Source of the DNA: a virus
DNA length: 44,391 bases
Virus genome (UHGV): UHGV-0019040
Direction: 5' to 3' (one strand)
The notes beneath the pieces are model-generated. The model was not told where the DNA came from, made no database searches, and saw only the letters and a program-made list of their open reading frames with translations. Position numbers and translations under genes: made by a program. Of the stretch, positions 7,548 to 16,678 are shown piece after piece (within the stretch, counting starts at the first letter, position 1; each line of letters begins with the position of its first letter).

Positions 7548-8951
7548 CTAGCACAGACAATTATAGCTTGTCCTGGACATAGGCTTTACAAGTGTGAGTG
7601 TCTTCCTTGCCCTTGTGGCCCCTACATAGAATACCCGGTGCTCAGCGTCCGGCATAATGTCGAACTGCACTTTGCACTTTTTTGACATATCTGACAATAT
7701 TACAACATTGTCGGCCTCTCCGCCTTTTACCTGATGTATGGTAGATATATTTATTTTAGGCGGCTGCATCACCTGCTTATGTGACAGCCTGTCCCGCATA
7801 TACAAAATCTTGTCATCAGTCCAGTCAAATACCTCATACCATGGCTTTGAAAGGTCCGCGTCGCCTTTGAGTATACGTGAGAACATATACACATCGTGCT
7901 TTGTCATAGACCCTTGACGCTGCAGCCGTGTCCATTCTGTAATGGCCTTTAGGTCCTTGTCATTATATACAAGCTCGCCATTTATAAGGTACGGAACGCA
8001 CAGCTTGTCAAGCCATTCTGTATACCATTTCTGCTGGTACTTGTTCCTTGACAAAAGCAGGTACTCCGCGTTCCTGTCAAGGTATATCTCACTAGGTTTA
8101 TTCACTACTTCTATGATACCTTTTGTCCCGTTGCCGCTGTACTCCTTGTCAATCCTGTTATGTATATTGTCGGTAATATGCCTGGCGTAATGTACAAGGT
8201 TATCAGGCAGACGGTATGACTTTGACAAAGTCTCTGTATGCCCTTTGAGTGAAAGGAACGCATTGACATCCGCGCCGCTCCATTCAAATATAGCCTGGTC
8301 ATCGTCTCCTGCTATATACACACGCTTGCAATGTGAGAAGGCTTTATGTACCATCTGCCATTGTAATGTTGTAAGGTCCTGCGCCTCATCTATAATAGCC
8401 ACATCTACAGGCGCCGGGCCCTCATAGTTCTCAATAATATCTGTAAAGTCTACTACTGAGAATGTGTCTTTGTAGTTACGGTACTGCCGCATTATCCAGA
8501 GCGCCTTGTCCCCGTCAAGCTCAGGAAGAATCTTAGCCGCCGCATTCCTGTTGTTCCGGTACAATTCTATATAGTCCATATAGATTTGGTCCTCACCGCA
8601 GTTATTGCTGTTTGCGTCTATGCTTATCCCTGTCTTACTGGCGAAGTCAAACATATCACGTACACGCATTATCTTTTCCTTGTTAAAAGAATGCGCGAAT
8701 GAATGCAGCGTCTTGAAATAAGGGAACGCCTCAGGCGGCAGGTTGAACTTTCCCGCCGCCCTGTTTATGCCCTCATTGGCGCCCTTCCTTGTAAACGTCA
8801 CAAAGGCTATCTTGTCAGACGGGACATTCATCTCGCCCATCTCAAAGTCAATAATCTCTAGGAGCCTGGTGGTCTTCCCTGTGCCAGGTGGACCGTAAAT
8901 TATATTATACTCAGCCATCTTAGAACCTGTCGTCCTCCCGCTCCTCATCAA
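7548..8951 (-). CDS. Superfamily-1 DNA helicase (UvrD/PcrA/Dda-like)
   Basis: Walker A GPPGTGKTT and Walker B VAIIDEAQD. The C-terminal TIHQVKGGEADNVVIL and YVGATRAR match SF1 motifs V and VI. Alternative start MAEYN at about 8918, which would abut the upstream stop. Confidence 0.8.
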   Translation of the reverse strand: MMRSGRTTGSKMAEYNIIYGPPGTGKTTRLLEIIDFEMGEMNVPSDKIAFVTFTRKGANEGINRAAGKFNLPPEAFPYFKTLHSFAHSFNKEKIMRVRDMFDFASKTGISIDANSNNCGEDQIYMDYIELYRNNRNAAAKILPELDGDKALWIMRQYRNYKDTFSVVDFTDIIENYEGPAPVDVAIIDEAQDLTTLQWQMVHKAFSHCKRVYIAGDDDQAIFEWSGADVNAFLSLKGHTETLSKSYRLPDNLVHYARHITDNIHNRIDKEYSGNGTKGIIEVVNKPSEIYLDRNAEYLLLSRNKYQQKWYTEWLDKLCVPYLINGELVYNDKDLKAITEWTRLQRQGSMTKHDVYMFSRILKGDADLSKPWYEVFDWTDDKILYMRDRLSHKQVMQPPKINISTIHQVKGGEADNVVILSDMSKKCKVQFDIMPDAEHRVFYVGATRARKTLTLVKPMSRTSYNCLC

Positions 8952-10479
8952 GATAATTTATATCTATGCCCTGCATATCATCTTCTTCCTGCTCAATTGC
9001 CTCTACAGGCATTGACCATACCCTGTATTCCTTGTCCCCTATAGGATAAGATATAATCTTGGCGCCTCTGTCAATAAGACTGTTCTGCATCTCAGTCTCA
9101 CTGTAACGCTTAAAATCTTTTATTGTAAGCATATACTCAATGTAGTCTGTACCACGGAATATATAGCTACTCAGCTCCTTGTCTTTGTAAATACGTCCCA
9201 ACTTGAGCTGTGATTTTGTATCTGCAAGTTTTCTTGTAGTAAAAAAATCACAAGTGTACTTATACCATAAGCCTCCAGTTGTCATTGAATTCTCAATGTC
9301 CGCCTCATGTACAATTACATTCTCAAGGGCACTATTTACAATAGATGTCCACTTAGGGTCCGCAAGCTTCTTTGGCAGCTTGTGGAGCTTTCGCATACAC
9401 AGTGTACGGAATGCGGTCTGGTTTATAATGTCTTCTTCTTTATAAAAGCGCAGTGCCTGTCCGTTCACTATCCATTCATAGTACGGCGGCTCTGTAAGGT
9501 ACTGGTGGAACTCCTCAAATGACAATGAAGGAATCTGCCCTGAATCCTTTCCATAGGCACGGGCCTCACAAATCTTTTTATTGCAGGCTGTGCATAGCGG
9601 CGGCAGACCGCATTTATAGGAATAGGTCTTCTTGCTCATTGTCTTTATTATTGTCTGATGCACCTCCTCCTCATCGAGAGGCTCCTCAAGAGAATTGTTT
9701 ATAGCCATCAGCTCATCTTCAAATGAATCATCCCCGTACTTGTTCTTACAGTATACAGCTACAGAAAACAGGAACTCATTCCTGTATTCCTGCACACCGG
9801 ATATATACAATGACTGCAGACAAGGAGGCGCGTCATAGAATGGCAGTTCTTCCATCTTCAGCCGCAGCTGCTTTATACTTGTCTTGTGTTTCTCACAGTA
9901 ATCAAGCGCGTCGGAAAGACAGGCAAGTGTCCCGTCTTCCTTGACAAGCTTGCGTCTGTTGTCTTTGTCACTTGCCGCGAAGTACGGCAGGTTTATCCAA
10001 GAGCCAAATGAACTTTTGTCCTTGCTACGCTGCTTAGGAAAAACCTCCGTATTAGCAGGGAGCCCGATTATAAGTTTCAATTCATCTAAGAGGTCTTTTA
10101 CTGCATCCGGCTTCTCTGGCTTTACAAAGAACACATATAAGTGCAGTCCGCCGGACTTTGAATAAAACGGTATAAGCGGGATGTCATACCGGTATATAGT
10201 TCTCAGCTTGTGCTGTACGGCAGGAGAATAGTCATCAATGTCTATTACACCGAATGAGCATAGACCTTCCTCGTTTATAGGCGACAAGCCTATTCCCTGT
10301 ATGCCGTCTATATGGTCTGCTATGTCTTGATTTGTTACAGGTTCCTTACATAAGAAGCACTTAGCCTCAAGCTTCTTATTTTCCCCGGCTACACCAGTTA
10401 TTTTTGTCAGACCCTTGTAGGACATGTTGCCAGCGAAAAGTTCCCTGAAATGGTTTATAGTAAGTATAGAGCAACCCAT
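8920..10479 (-). CDS. DNA primase of the archaeo-eukaryotic prim-pol type with a PriCT_1 domain
   Basis: GVIDIDDY (DxD) and SGGLHLYVFF (prim-pol catalytic motifs). GVQEYRNEFLFSVAVY matches the PriCT_1 G.RN motif. RBS GAGGGActaaATG. Confidence 0.7.
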   Translation of the reverse strand: MGCSILTINHFRELFAGNMSYKGLTKITGVAGENKKLEAKCFLCKEPVTNQDIADHIDGIQGIGLSPINEEGLCSFGVIDIDDYSPAVQHKLRTIYRYDIPLIPFYSKSGGLHLYVFFVKPEKPDAVKDLLDELKLIIGLPANTEVFPKQRSKDKSSFGSWINLPYFAASDKDNRRKLVKEDGTLACLSDALDYCEKHKTSIKQLRLKMEELPFYDAPPCLQSLYISGVQEYRNEFLFSVAVYCKNKYGDDSFEDELMAINNSLEEPLDEEEVHQTIIKTMSKKTYSYKCGLPPLCTACNKKICEARAYGKDSGQIPSLSFEEFHQYLTEPPYYEWIVNGQALRFYKEEDIINQTAFRTLCMRKLHKLPKKLADPKWTSIVNSALENVIVHEADIENSMTTGGLWYKYTCDFFTTRKLADTKSQLKLGRIYKDKELSSYIFRGTDYIEYMLTIKDFKRYSETEMQNSLIDRGAKIISYPIGDKEYRVWSMPVEAIEQEEDDMQGIDINYLDEEREDDRF

Positions 10480-10491
10480 TTAGTCCCTCGT

Positions 10492-10526
10492 AAAAAGGCA
10501 GGATATAATCCTGCCTTTATTTTAGT
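10492..10526 (-). terminator. Rho-independent terminator (GGCAGGATATAATCCTGCC hairpin flanked by A and T runs) after gene 10522..11253
   Basis: Perfect 8-bp stem with a 3-nt loop; AAAAA on one side and TTTATTTT on the other, so potentially bidirectional. Confidence 0.5.
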
Positions 10527-11253
10527 ATTTTCCGTCTGCTGACTTATCTTCAATTGCCAATGGTTGATTATTATCTTCAGACATATTCAACTGGTCAAAC
10601 ATCTGTGGCGCTGTCTCAAGAACAGGCTTTACAAAGTTTGTGTATATCTCCGCCGGAACCCAGTCTGACTTTGTAATAGCAGTGTTCTTGCCGTCACCCA
10701 GTACAAAGAATGTGCCTTTGTCATTCTTATTCTTCTTAGATTCAAGTGTCCAGTAGCAAGAGAAGAGCGGCGCAGGCTTTCCAGACCTCAAGCGGTTCTC
10801 TGACAAGAAGCTGTTCCATGTCTTGCAGTGGCGGATGTTTGTAGATGTACAAGACAAGAGCATAATACCCTCGTCCTCGTGACCACGGATAAGCACAAGG
10901 TAGCACCAGGCTTCTTGTATATCATTGCCTGCCAATGACTTAAGTCCTGTAAACTTGTCTCCTGTCACACGGACAGAGTAAGGTTTATGCCGTGCAACAA
11001 GGCCACCCATGTTCGGCTTCCATTCAAGCCATGTTGTGTTGAAGTACACAGGAACAAGCTCAACCTTAGGTCCGTAACTCTTTCCAGTAAGGCTGTTGTA
11101 GAAGTCCCCGGCCTTTACCTCTGAGCCGTCTTCTGTCAGAATTGATGAAGTAGGCTGCGCAATTTTAAGCATAGGTACTGAGAACTTATCAGCGCCCATA
11201 TTCTCAAAGCCCTGGCCCGCGATGCCGTCATAAATGTCCAATTCGTTTTCCAT
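10522..11253 (-). CDS. Hypothetical replication/recombination-module protein (possible ssDNA-binding or annealing protein)
   Basis: 243-aa ORF between the primase and SNF2 helicase genes; no diagnostic motif recognised. Function inferred from context only. Confidence 0.45.
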   Translation of the reverse strand: MENELDIYDGIAGQGFENMGADKFSVPMLKIAQPTSSILTEDGSEVKAGDFYNSLTGKSYGPKVELVPVYFNTTWLEWKPNMGGLVARHKPYSVRVTGDKFTGLKSLAGNDIQEAWCYLVLIRGHEDEGIMLLSCTSTNIRHCKTWNSFLSENRLRSGKPAPLFSCYWTLESKKNKNDKGTFFVLGDGKNTAITKSDWVPAEIYTNFVKPVLETAPQMFDQLNMSEDNNQPLAIEDKSADGKY

Positions 11254-11265
11254 ATTAATACCACC

Positions 11266-11811
11266 TTATGATTTTGGTTTTGTTACAACAGTTGTATTGT
11301 AACGGTAAAAGTTTACATAGTCCGGGATGTCTTTATAGTTCATCTTAGACACACAACCAACTTTCAAACCAAGCTGTTCACTGAGCCATGATTTAAGACT
11401 GGCTGTATTCACATCACCCTTCGCAATAAAAGGAACCCCGGCCTTGACCAGGCTTTCCGCGAACACATCATCTACTAACAGCTCTTCTTTTACAATATCT
11501 GAACCGCCATGTGCCTTGAGCCATTTTATAAGCTCAGGCTTCTTTGCCTTAGTAGGGCTGCATGCTATTTTCTGCTCTACTGATAAGACCGTTCCGTCTG
11601 CCAGAGATAACTTTGACAAGCCGTTGGTCTTATAGAACTCAGGTATAATATCCATCGCGAGCTTATTATATGCAGCCTGCGCACCCTTGAATGCCTGTTC
11701 CGCCTCTTTCAACCTTTGCTCCGCTTCAAGAAGCTGCCGGCTTAATGCAGCCGCTTCCTCTATCGCGGTGGTAGGCGTTGCAAGTTCCTCATATATAGAG
11801 TCTTCTTCCAT
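11266..11811 (-). CDS. Hypothetical protein with an N-terminal coiled coil (Gp157-like?)
   Basis: Start set at MEEDS, with GGAGG 6 nt upstream. The coiled-coil N-terminus (AAALSRQLLEAEQRLKEAEQAFKGAQAAYNKLA) is common in Gp157-type replication-module proteins. Confidence 0.4.
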   Translation of the reverse strand: MEEDSIYEELATPTTAIEEAAALSRQLLEAEQRLKEAEQAFKGAQAAYNKLAMDIIPEFYKTNGLSKLSLADGTVLSVEQKIACSPTKAKKPELIKWLKAHGGSDIVKEELLVDDVFAESLVKAGVPFIAKGDVNTASLKSWLSEQLGLKVGCVSKMNYKDIPDYVNFYRYNTTVVTKPKS

Positions 11812-11885
11812 ATATACCTCCATAAATCTTTATGATATTATGATAGCATTTTATAAGGACCTTGTAAATACAAAGAAAATACGGA

Positions 11886-11908
11886 AGTGTATACTTTTTT
11901 ATACACAT
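11886..11908 (-). terminator. Conserved hairpin GTGTATAC-T6-(T)ATACACA followed on the minus strand by a T-rich tract; terminator after the SNF2 gene. Member of a 3-copy hairpin family.
   Basis: Inverted repeat read directly. The minus-strand sense reads GTGTATAAAAAAGTATACAC then TTCCGTATTTTCTTT. Confidence 0.4.
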
Positions 11909-11916
11909 ACCCTTTC

Positions 11917-13569
11917 TTATACATTGAACAGGTCGTGCATAGACTGGTCAGATTCTGTCAGGTCCTCTTTGATAGTGGTGTTCCTGAAGAAGTCCAAGAG
12001 GTTACGCTTCTGCCTGAGCGCGGCGTACACCTTCATATCAATTGTTCCTGTAGCTATGAAGTCTACAATAAGACATTTCTCAGTCTGTCCGTACCTTGCA
12101 ATACGGTCTTCAGTCTGGTCCCTGTCCTCAAGGCTATAGCTGCAGCTGAAGAAGTACAAAGTATGAGACAGCTGGAGGTTATGTCCCTTGCTTATCATAC
12201 GTTCATTGGCTATAAGTATATCTATATGCCCTTTCTTGAACTCCTCAACAGGGTCCTTAGGCACTTTCTTAGGGCCAATAAAAAGGCCTACCTTACGGTC
12301 CTTGAATGTGCCACATAGCCTTGTATACAGATACTCAGCCTCCGCTGTGAACCTTGTCACTACTATACAAGGAAGGTCACCGTTCTCAATCCTTCCTACC
12401 AGGGCATCAACCTTCGGGTTGCTCTGTCCTATAGGCACTACCTCAGCCGCGTTTGTGTCATCATCAATAAAAGGGAGGAACCCTCCTGCCAGCTGAGACA
12501 GCCTTGTATACAGGGTTATCTTATTGAGTACAGAAATAACTTTCCCGTCATACTCGGATATATACTCTTCCTCAAGCTGCTGGTACATACGCTTCTGCTC
12601 ATCATTAAGCTCTACAGATACATGCTCATAAATCTTTGGTGGCAGGTCAAAGCACTCTGATGACTTCTTAAAGAACGCGCACTCCTGCATCTTCTCCTTC
12701 AACTCATCAAGATATTTGTAAGGCATCTGCAGGTCCGGGTGCGCCTGGATATACATAATGTCAGCAGGAGATATTCCAAGCTGTGTCTGTACCTCCATCA
12801 TACCTTCTGGTGTACCGCACTTCCTTACTATATCCTGTACATCCTTGGCCGTTGTTGTTATTGTCCTTAGCACATTGCCCTGCCAAATCTGCATCTTCTG
12901 CTCGATTGTATAGTGCGCCTTGAATGAATAGTAAGGCCTGCCAAAGTAGTCCTGTTTCAGGAACTCAAACATAGCCCACGCGTCCAGCGGGCTGTTTGTT
13001 ATAGGTGTACCTGTAAGGATGGCCCTTCCCTTGGACAATGGTACAGAACTTATAAGTCTTCTTCCATGCATCTTGCAGACAGACAAGCCGCGCACAATAT
13101 TTATAAACCTTTTTGACTGTGGGTTCTTTATGCTTGTGGCCTCGTCAAGTATTATGAATACATTGTTAAGCCTGCAATAATCCTGGAAGTAATGCAAGTA
13201 GGTACTGTAGCCGAAACTCTCGACATTCACGCATAGCCACTTCAGCTCATTGCCAGGGTCTGATATGAACGACTTGAACTCGGCTGTCTTCTGCTTACCC
13301 ATACCAGAGTGGAATATAAAGACCTTGTGCGGCACAGAACAGTGAGTAGGAATCTGCTCATTCCCCCACTGGCTGTGTACATGGTTCGGGGCTATAATCA
13401 GGACCGCGTTTATTTTGCCCTCGTCATAGCGCATCCCGCATATATCAATAGCCGTCTTTGTCTTACCTGTACCCTGCTGCATAAACAGGGCGAAGTACTC
13501 CTTGTCCCTGGTAAAGTCATAGGCCTCAAGCTGGTGCCTAAAAGGCCTTGTCTTGAATACAAAATCCAT
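11917..13569 (-). CDS. SNF2/Rad54-family helicase
   Basis: N-terminal RPFRHQLEAY ... MQQGTGKT (motif I). IILDEATSIKN (DExx box). The C-terminal helicase domain has ILIANERMISKGHNLQ and YGQTEK. Start set at MDFVFK (GGAG 7 nt upstream). Confidence 0.8.
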   Translation of the reverse strand: MDFVFKTRPFRHQLEAYDFTRDKEYFALFMQQGTGKTKTAIDICGMRYDEGKINAVLIIAPNHVHSQWGNEQIPTHCSVPHKVFIFHSGMGKQKTAEFKSFISDPGNELKWLCVNVESFGYSTYLHYFQDYCRLNNVFIILDEATSIKNPQSKRFINIVRGLSVCKMHGRRLISSVPLSKGRAILTGTPITNSPLDAWAMFEFLKQDYFGRPYYSFKAHYTIEQKMQIWQGNVLRTITTTAKDVQDIVRKCGTPEGMMEVQTQLGISPADIMYIQAHPDLQMPYKYLDELKEKMQECAFFKKSSECFDLPPKIYEHVSVELNDEQKRMYQQLEEEYISEYDGKVISVLNKITLYTRLSQLAGGFLPFIDDDTNAAEVVPIGQSNPKVDALVGRIENGDLPCIVVTRFTAEAEYLYTRLCGTFKDRKVGLFIGPKKVPKDPVEEFKKGHIDILIANERMISKGHNLQLSHTLYFFSCSYSLEDRDQTEDRIARYGQTEKCLIVDFIATGTIDMKVYAALRQKRNLLDFFRNTTIKEDLTESDQSMHDLFNV

Positions 13570-13585
13570 CAATATCTCCAGTATG

Positions 13586-14203
13586 TCAAAATCCGGACAG
13601 CCCCAGTACCTTGCCGCCTGCCCAGTGCTCAAAATCCTCAAGGAAGTTCTTAGACAAGAAGTCTACACACTGCTCGACCTTATCCTTCAAAGCGGCAAGA
13701 GGCTGTACAACAGGCGCCACTTTATGTATCGACACAGGCTCAAGGCTGTCGGAATCCTGGAACACAGCCACAATATATTTGAACGCAGGCGCGTCCATGG
13801 CATGTGCATATATTGTATGCTGCCATTTGCTATGGTAAGATGACTCATCAAAACGTTTTGTTGTCTTAAGGTCATAGACCATAAGGTTATCTGGACGTCT
13901 GTAGTCGGTGCGGCCCTTGAATACAAACATACCGAACTTTGTCTGTATAACAAGGGGCTTAATCCATTCCTGCTGGAGTGTCCCGCGCAGCTCCTCAAAG
14001 GCCTCCTGCTCAATGTCAAGGTTGAACCTGCCGTTCTCAGCAAGTATCTTATTGACATAACTTTCATAAGCCTCACCCCTTCTTGTAGCGGCGTTGCCTA
14101 CGAACCCTGTTGTAAGTGTCTCATGTAACTGCTGCATTGCCCGCTGACTTCCTGTCTGAAAGTAATAGTCACAGGCCTGCAATAATGATGCTGTCATTTT
14201 CAT
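13586..14203 (-). CDS. PD-(D/E)XK nuclease (Cas4/RecB-like exonuclease fold)
   Basis: GRTDYRR ... MVYDLKTTK supplies the D ... (D/E)xK catalytic core, and QHTIYAH downstream. Adjacent to the SNF2 helicase, as in other phage replication modules. Confidence 0.6.
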   Translation of the reverse strand: MKMTASLLQACDYYFQTGSQRAMQQLHETLTTGFVGNAATRRGEAYESYVNKILAENGRFNLDIEQEAFEELRGTLQQEWIKPLVIQTKFGMFVFKGRTDYRRPDNLMVYDLKTTKRFDESSYHSKWQHTIYAHAMDAPAFKYIVAVFQDSDSLEPVSIHKVAPVVQPLAALKDKVEQCVDFLSKNFLEDFEHWAGGKVLGLSGF

Positions 14204-14205
14204 TT

Positions 14206-14421
14206 CTATAAGTCTCCACTATCTAATAACTCCCAGTCCTCAGCCAGAAGGTCTACATCCTGGATATGCCATTGCGCTTTCCTACCCCCTTTCAACGGGC
14301 ATATCATAATCCTAGTATTCATCCCGTCTGACAATGAAAGGTAAGCTTTCCAGCTTCTGCGCTTTACACACTGCCCAAGTTTCAATGCGGCAATCGCCGT
14401 GCCAAATGATGTCCCTGTCAT
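14206..14421 (-). CDS. DUF2829 (Tad2-like) small protein; candidate anti-Thoeris signal sponge
   Basis: 71 aa from MTGTSF. The pattern FGTAIAALKLGQCVKRRSW ... (hydrophobic beta stretch) ... DLLAEDWELLD matches the remembered DUF2829 consensus (A.k.Gk.v.R..W ... DLLAEDWE). ATGA overlap with the upstream gene. Confidence 0.45.
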   Translation of the reverse strand: MTGTSFGTAIAALKLGQCVKRRSWKAYLSLSDGMNTRIMICPLKGGRKAQWHIQDVDLLAEDWELLDSGDL

Positions 14422-14729
14422 TGCTTTCCCCCTATGCCGTTCCAATGCCCATCGGGTCCTAGCCTCTTGCATCGTTTGCCCTCTGTACATTCAGGGCATA
14501 CAACAAGGCCTTCACCATTTGTGTAATGAAATATGTCCGGGTTCTTATGGTTCCCCCTTTCTACAAATGGAAATATATATAGCTGCTCAACAGGTATCAT
14601 CATAGTTCTGCCTACATATTTGTGGGGCAAGATACTTACACTATTGCCATTCTCTACAAGGTTCCTTATACAAGGAACTGTCCGCTTTACACGGTACGCG
14701 AACTCATGGACTGTAATATACCCATCCAT
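14418..14729 (-). CDS. Helix-turn-helix DNA-binding protein (excisionase/AlpA-like HTH); candidate transcriptional regulator
   Basis: Start at MDGYITV, with AGGAGG 7 nt upstream. ITVHEFAYRVKRTVPCIRNLVENG fits an HTH_17-type helix-turn-helix. A C-terminal CPEC ... CKR Cys cluster. Confidence 0.5.
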   Translation of the reverse strand: MDGYITVHEFAYRVKRTVPCIRNLVENGNSVSILPHKYVGRTMMIPVEQLYIFPFVERGNHKNPDIFHYTNGEGLVVCPECTEGKRCKRLGPDGHWNGIGGKQ

Positions 14730-14742
14730 TGTATTCCTCCTA

Positions 14743-15012
14743 TTATAAATCATCCAGCAAGTCTGTGGCATTCAGGTTATCCAGATTTATCTGGTTATTG
14801 AGTTTATAGTCAGTGAGTACTGTCTTCTCGTTCCTGTCTATAAACTCACGGAGCATTGTGTACGGCGGCATGTCAGGGTCACAACATATAAATACACCAG
14901 GACATTCCTTACAGTCACAGTCACATTCCCCCTCAGCTATTATTTTCTTCGCCTTGTATATAAGACGTGGCATCCGTGAGTCTGTACAAGGGACAAGCGC
15001 TGTAGTCGCCAT
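14743..15012 (-). CDS. Hypothetical small Cys-rich protein
   Basis: 89-aa ORF with ECDCDCKECPGVFICC; located between thyX and the HTH gene. Confidence 0.4.
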   Translation of the reverse strand: MATTALVPCTDSRMPRLIYKAKKIIAEGECDCDCKECPGVFICCDPDMPPYTMLREFIDRNEKTVLTDYKLNNQINLDNLNATDLLDDL

Positions 15013-15016
15013 ATTC

Positions 15017-15673
15017 TTATGTCTCCAGTATAGCCTTCATAAAGACCGGATATTTTTTCCGCAGCTCCTCTGTTAAAAGCCCAATAACATCGTGCATCCT
15101 TACAGAGTCAGCAGGCGCACTGCGTATTTTCAATATACTCCGCAGCTCACGGAAGTTTGTTGTGATATGTATAGTCGTGGCCAGACAGTTTGGCAGGACA
15201 TCTCTTGCTATGCCCGGAACTATACTCTTGTTAAGAAGCCTGCAGTATTCATCAGTAGCTACCTGGCAATACTTCTCAAGCTCAGTATTATAGTTGTCAG
15301 GAAGAGCATAATTGTTTTTGTATACATCTGTAGCGGGAAGCGCTATGAACTCCAGTGTCTCAAACCTGCTATAGTTTACATAGATTGTTGACTCCTGTGT
15401 AAACGCGCAGTGTCTATGCCGTACAAGAGCATGGCTTGTGCCACGGTCTGTCTTGACTGTAAAGGATATTGTCGCGTGCTCCAGGATGGAAGTATGACCT
15501 TTCTTTATACAGTTAAGTACACGGTTTTTGTTGGCCTCGGCAGAGTCCTCAGACCTGTAGCATTCACCCGCGGCCCTTCCACAAAGGTCCAGAAGCTCAG
15601 CCTCACTTTTGTTATGCTTACTTAAGCTTACTGACTGCTGTACAAGGACAGCCTTAAGTTTATTATTCATCAC
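15017..15673 (-). CDS. thyX: Flavin-dependent thymidylate synthase ThyX
   Basis: ThyX signature RHRHCAFTQES (RHRx7S), plus overall size and composition. Confidence 0.85.
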   Translation of the reverse strand: MMNNKLKAVLVQQSVSLSKHNKSEAELLDLCGRAAGECYRSEDSAEANKNRVLNCIKKGHTSILEHATISFTVKTDRGTSHALVRHRHCAFTQESTIYVNYSRFETLEFIALPATDVYKNNYALPDNYNTELEKYCQVATDEYCRLLNKSIVPGIARDVLPNCLATTIHITTNFRELRSILKIRSAPADSVRMHDVIGLLTEELRKKYPVFMKAILET

Positions 15674-15704
15674 ACTATAATCTCACTATACAGTAATTTA
15701 TAAG

Positions 15705-15745
15705 GATTAAAAAGCCCGGGGCTATTGATTCCAGTCCCGGGCCCT
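15705..15745 (-). terminator. Rho-independent terminator/attenuator hairpin (GCCCGGGGCT ... AGTCCCGGGC) with a T-tract on the minus strand, between gene 15760..16224 and thyX
   Basis: Inverted repeat read directly; the minus-strand sense is followed by TTTTTAATCC. Confidence 0.4.
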
Positions 15746-15759
15746 GCCAGCATATACAA

Positions 15760-16224
15760 TTATTTCTTTGTATATGTCTTTGTCGCCTCATCATATTCAA
15801 TGATGATACCTTTGGTCGCGGCACGCTTGCAGAGTGTAATCATTTCTGAGCGTCCCTTTTCAAAGTTCATGAAGATGTCCACAGCCTTTACAGGTTTGTT
15901 GTCCTTGAAAATCTGGTCAAGTACAGAAATCTTGGCAACTGCTGAAGACTTCTTTTCACCTGAGAGATACTCAGCGGCTTCTTTTACCTCCGCGTCTTTG
16001 CCATCGGCGTTCATGCGTTTCGCGAATTCAACAAGTGTCTTGATGGCATTTTTCTTGTGCTCAAGCATCTTCTGCGCAGAAGCCTTGCGCGCTGCTTTCT
16101 TTTCAGTGTCTGTCATATGCTTTACTTCTGCCGGTTTCTTTTCAGCATCTGCCATAGGCTTTACACCGCCATCCACTGTACCCTGTACAGGTTTCTTCAC
16201 TTCATTCTGGTTCTGTCCGAACAT
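15760..16224 (-). CDS. Lys/Ala/Glu-rich hypothetical protein (possible DNA-binding or histone-like)
   Basis: Start at MFGQNQNEVKK, with AAGGAGACAATTATG. The N-terminal 100 aa are highly charged and low-complexity (KKPAEVK..KKAARKASAQK), with a structured C-terminal 50 aa. Confidence 0.5.
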   Translation of the reverse strand: MFGQNQNEVKKPVQGTVDGGVKPMADAEKKPAEVKHMTDTEKKAARKASAQKMLEHKKNAIKTLVEFAKRMNADGKDAEVKEAAEYLSGEKKSSAVAKISVLDQIFKDNKPVKAVDIFMNFEKGRSEMITLCKRAATKGIIIEYDEATKTYTKK

Positions 16225-16384
16225 AATTGTCTCCTTGGTATATACCGGACTTATGATAACCCGCATATACCATAATAAAAATAGATATATAAGAATGTGA
16301 CACATCCTTTATGTTATTATAATAACATACTCCACAATAAAAGTACACGGCATTATAAGAATAATATATGTACTTTTTCCGCAA

Positions 16385-16407
16385 AAGTGTATACAAAAAT
16401 ATACACT
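16385..16407 (-). terminator. Hairpin AGTGTATAC-A5-TATACACT (second member of the conserved GTGTATAC hairpin family) in the intergenic region upstream of gene 16224
   Basis: Inverted repeat read directly. An 18-bp perfect palindrome ATGTTATTATAATAACAT lies nearby (16311..16328). Confidence 0.3.
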
Positions 16408-16678
16408 ATATATAACTGTATATGCCCTCATCGGCAGAATTCCCGGCCTCGTCCTCCGCGGCCTCCTGCACCTCCTTAGGAGTAAAGGACAAGAACTGCC
16501 CTTCCTCGTCCCCCTTGCTTCTTATACAACAGGCGGTTACATCCACCTTGTCTACAATAGCCACGAACAAATCAGGAGTGTCCCTGTCACCTGGCTCATG
16601 GACTTCTCGTCCTGTCCACTCTGCCTCCCACTCATACTCACCGGTAGTCCCGGTTATACAGCCCTTAATTCTTCTCAT
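16406..16678 (-). CDS. Hypothetical small acidic protein
   Basis: Start at MRRIKG, with AAGGAG 8 nt upstream, overlapping the upstream stop. Acidic C-terminus (EAAEDEAGNSADEG). Confidence 0.4.
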   Translation of the reverse strand: MRRIKGCITGTTGEYEWEAEWTGREVHEPGDRDTPDLFVAIVDKVDVTACCIRSKGDEEGQFLSFTPKEVQEAAEDEAGNSADEGIYSYI

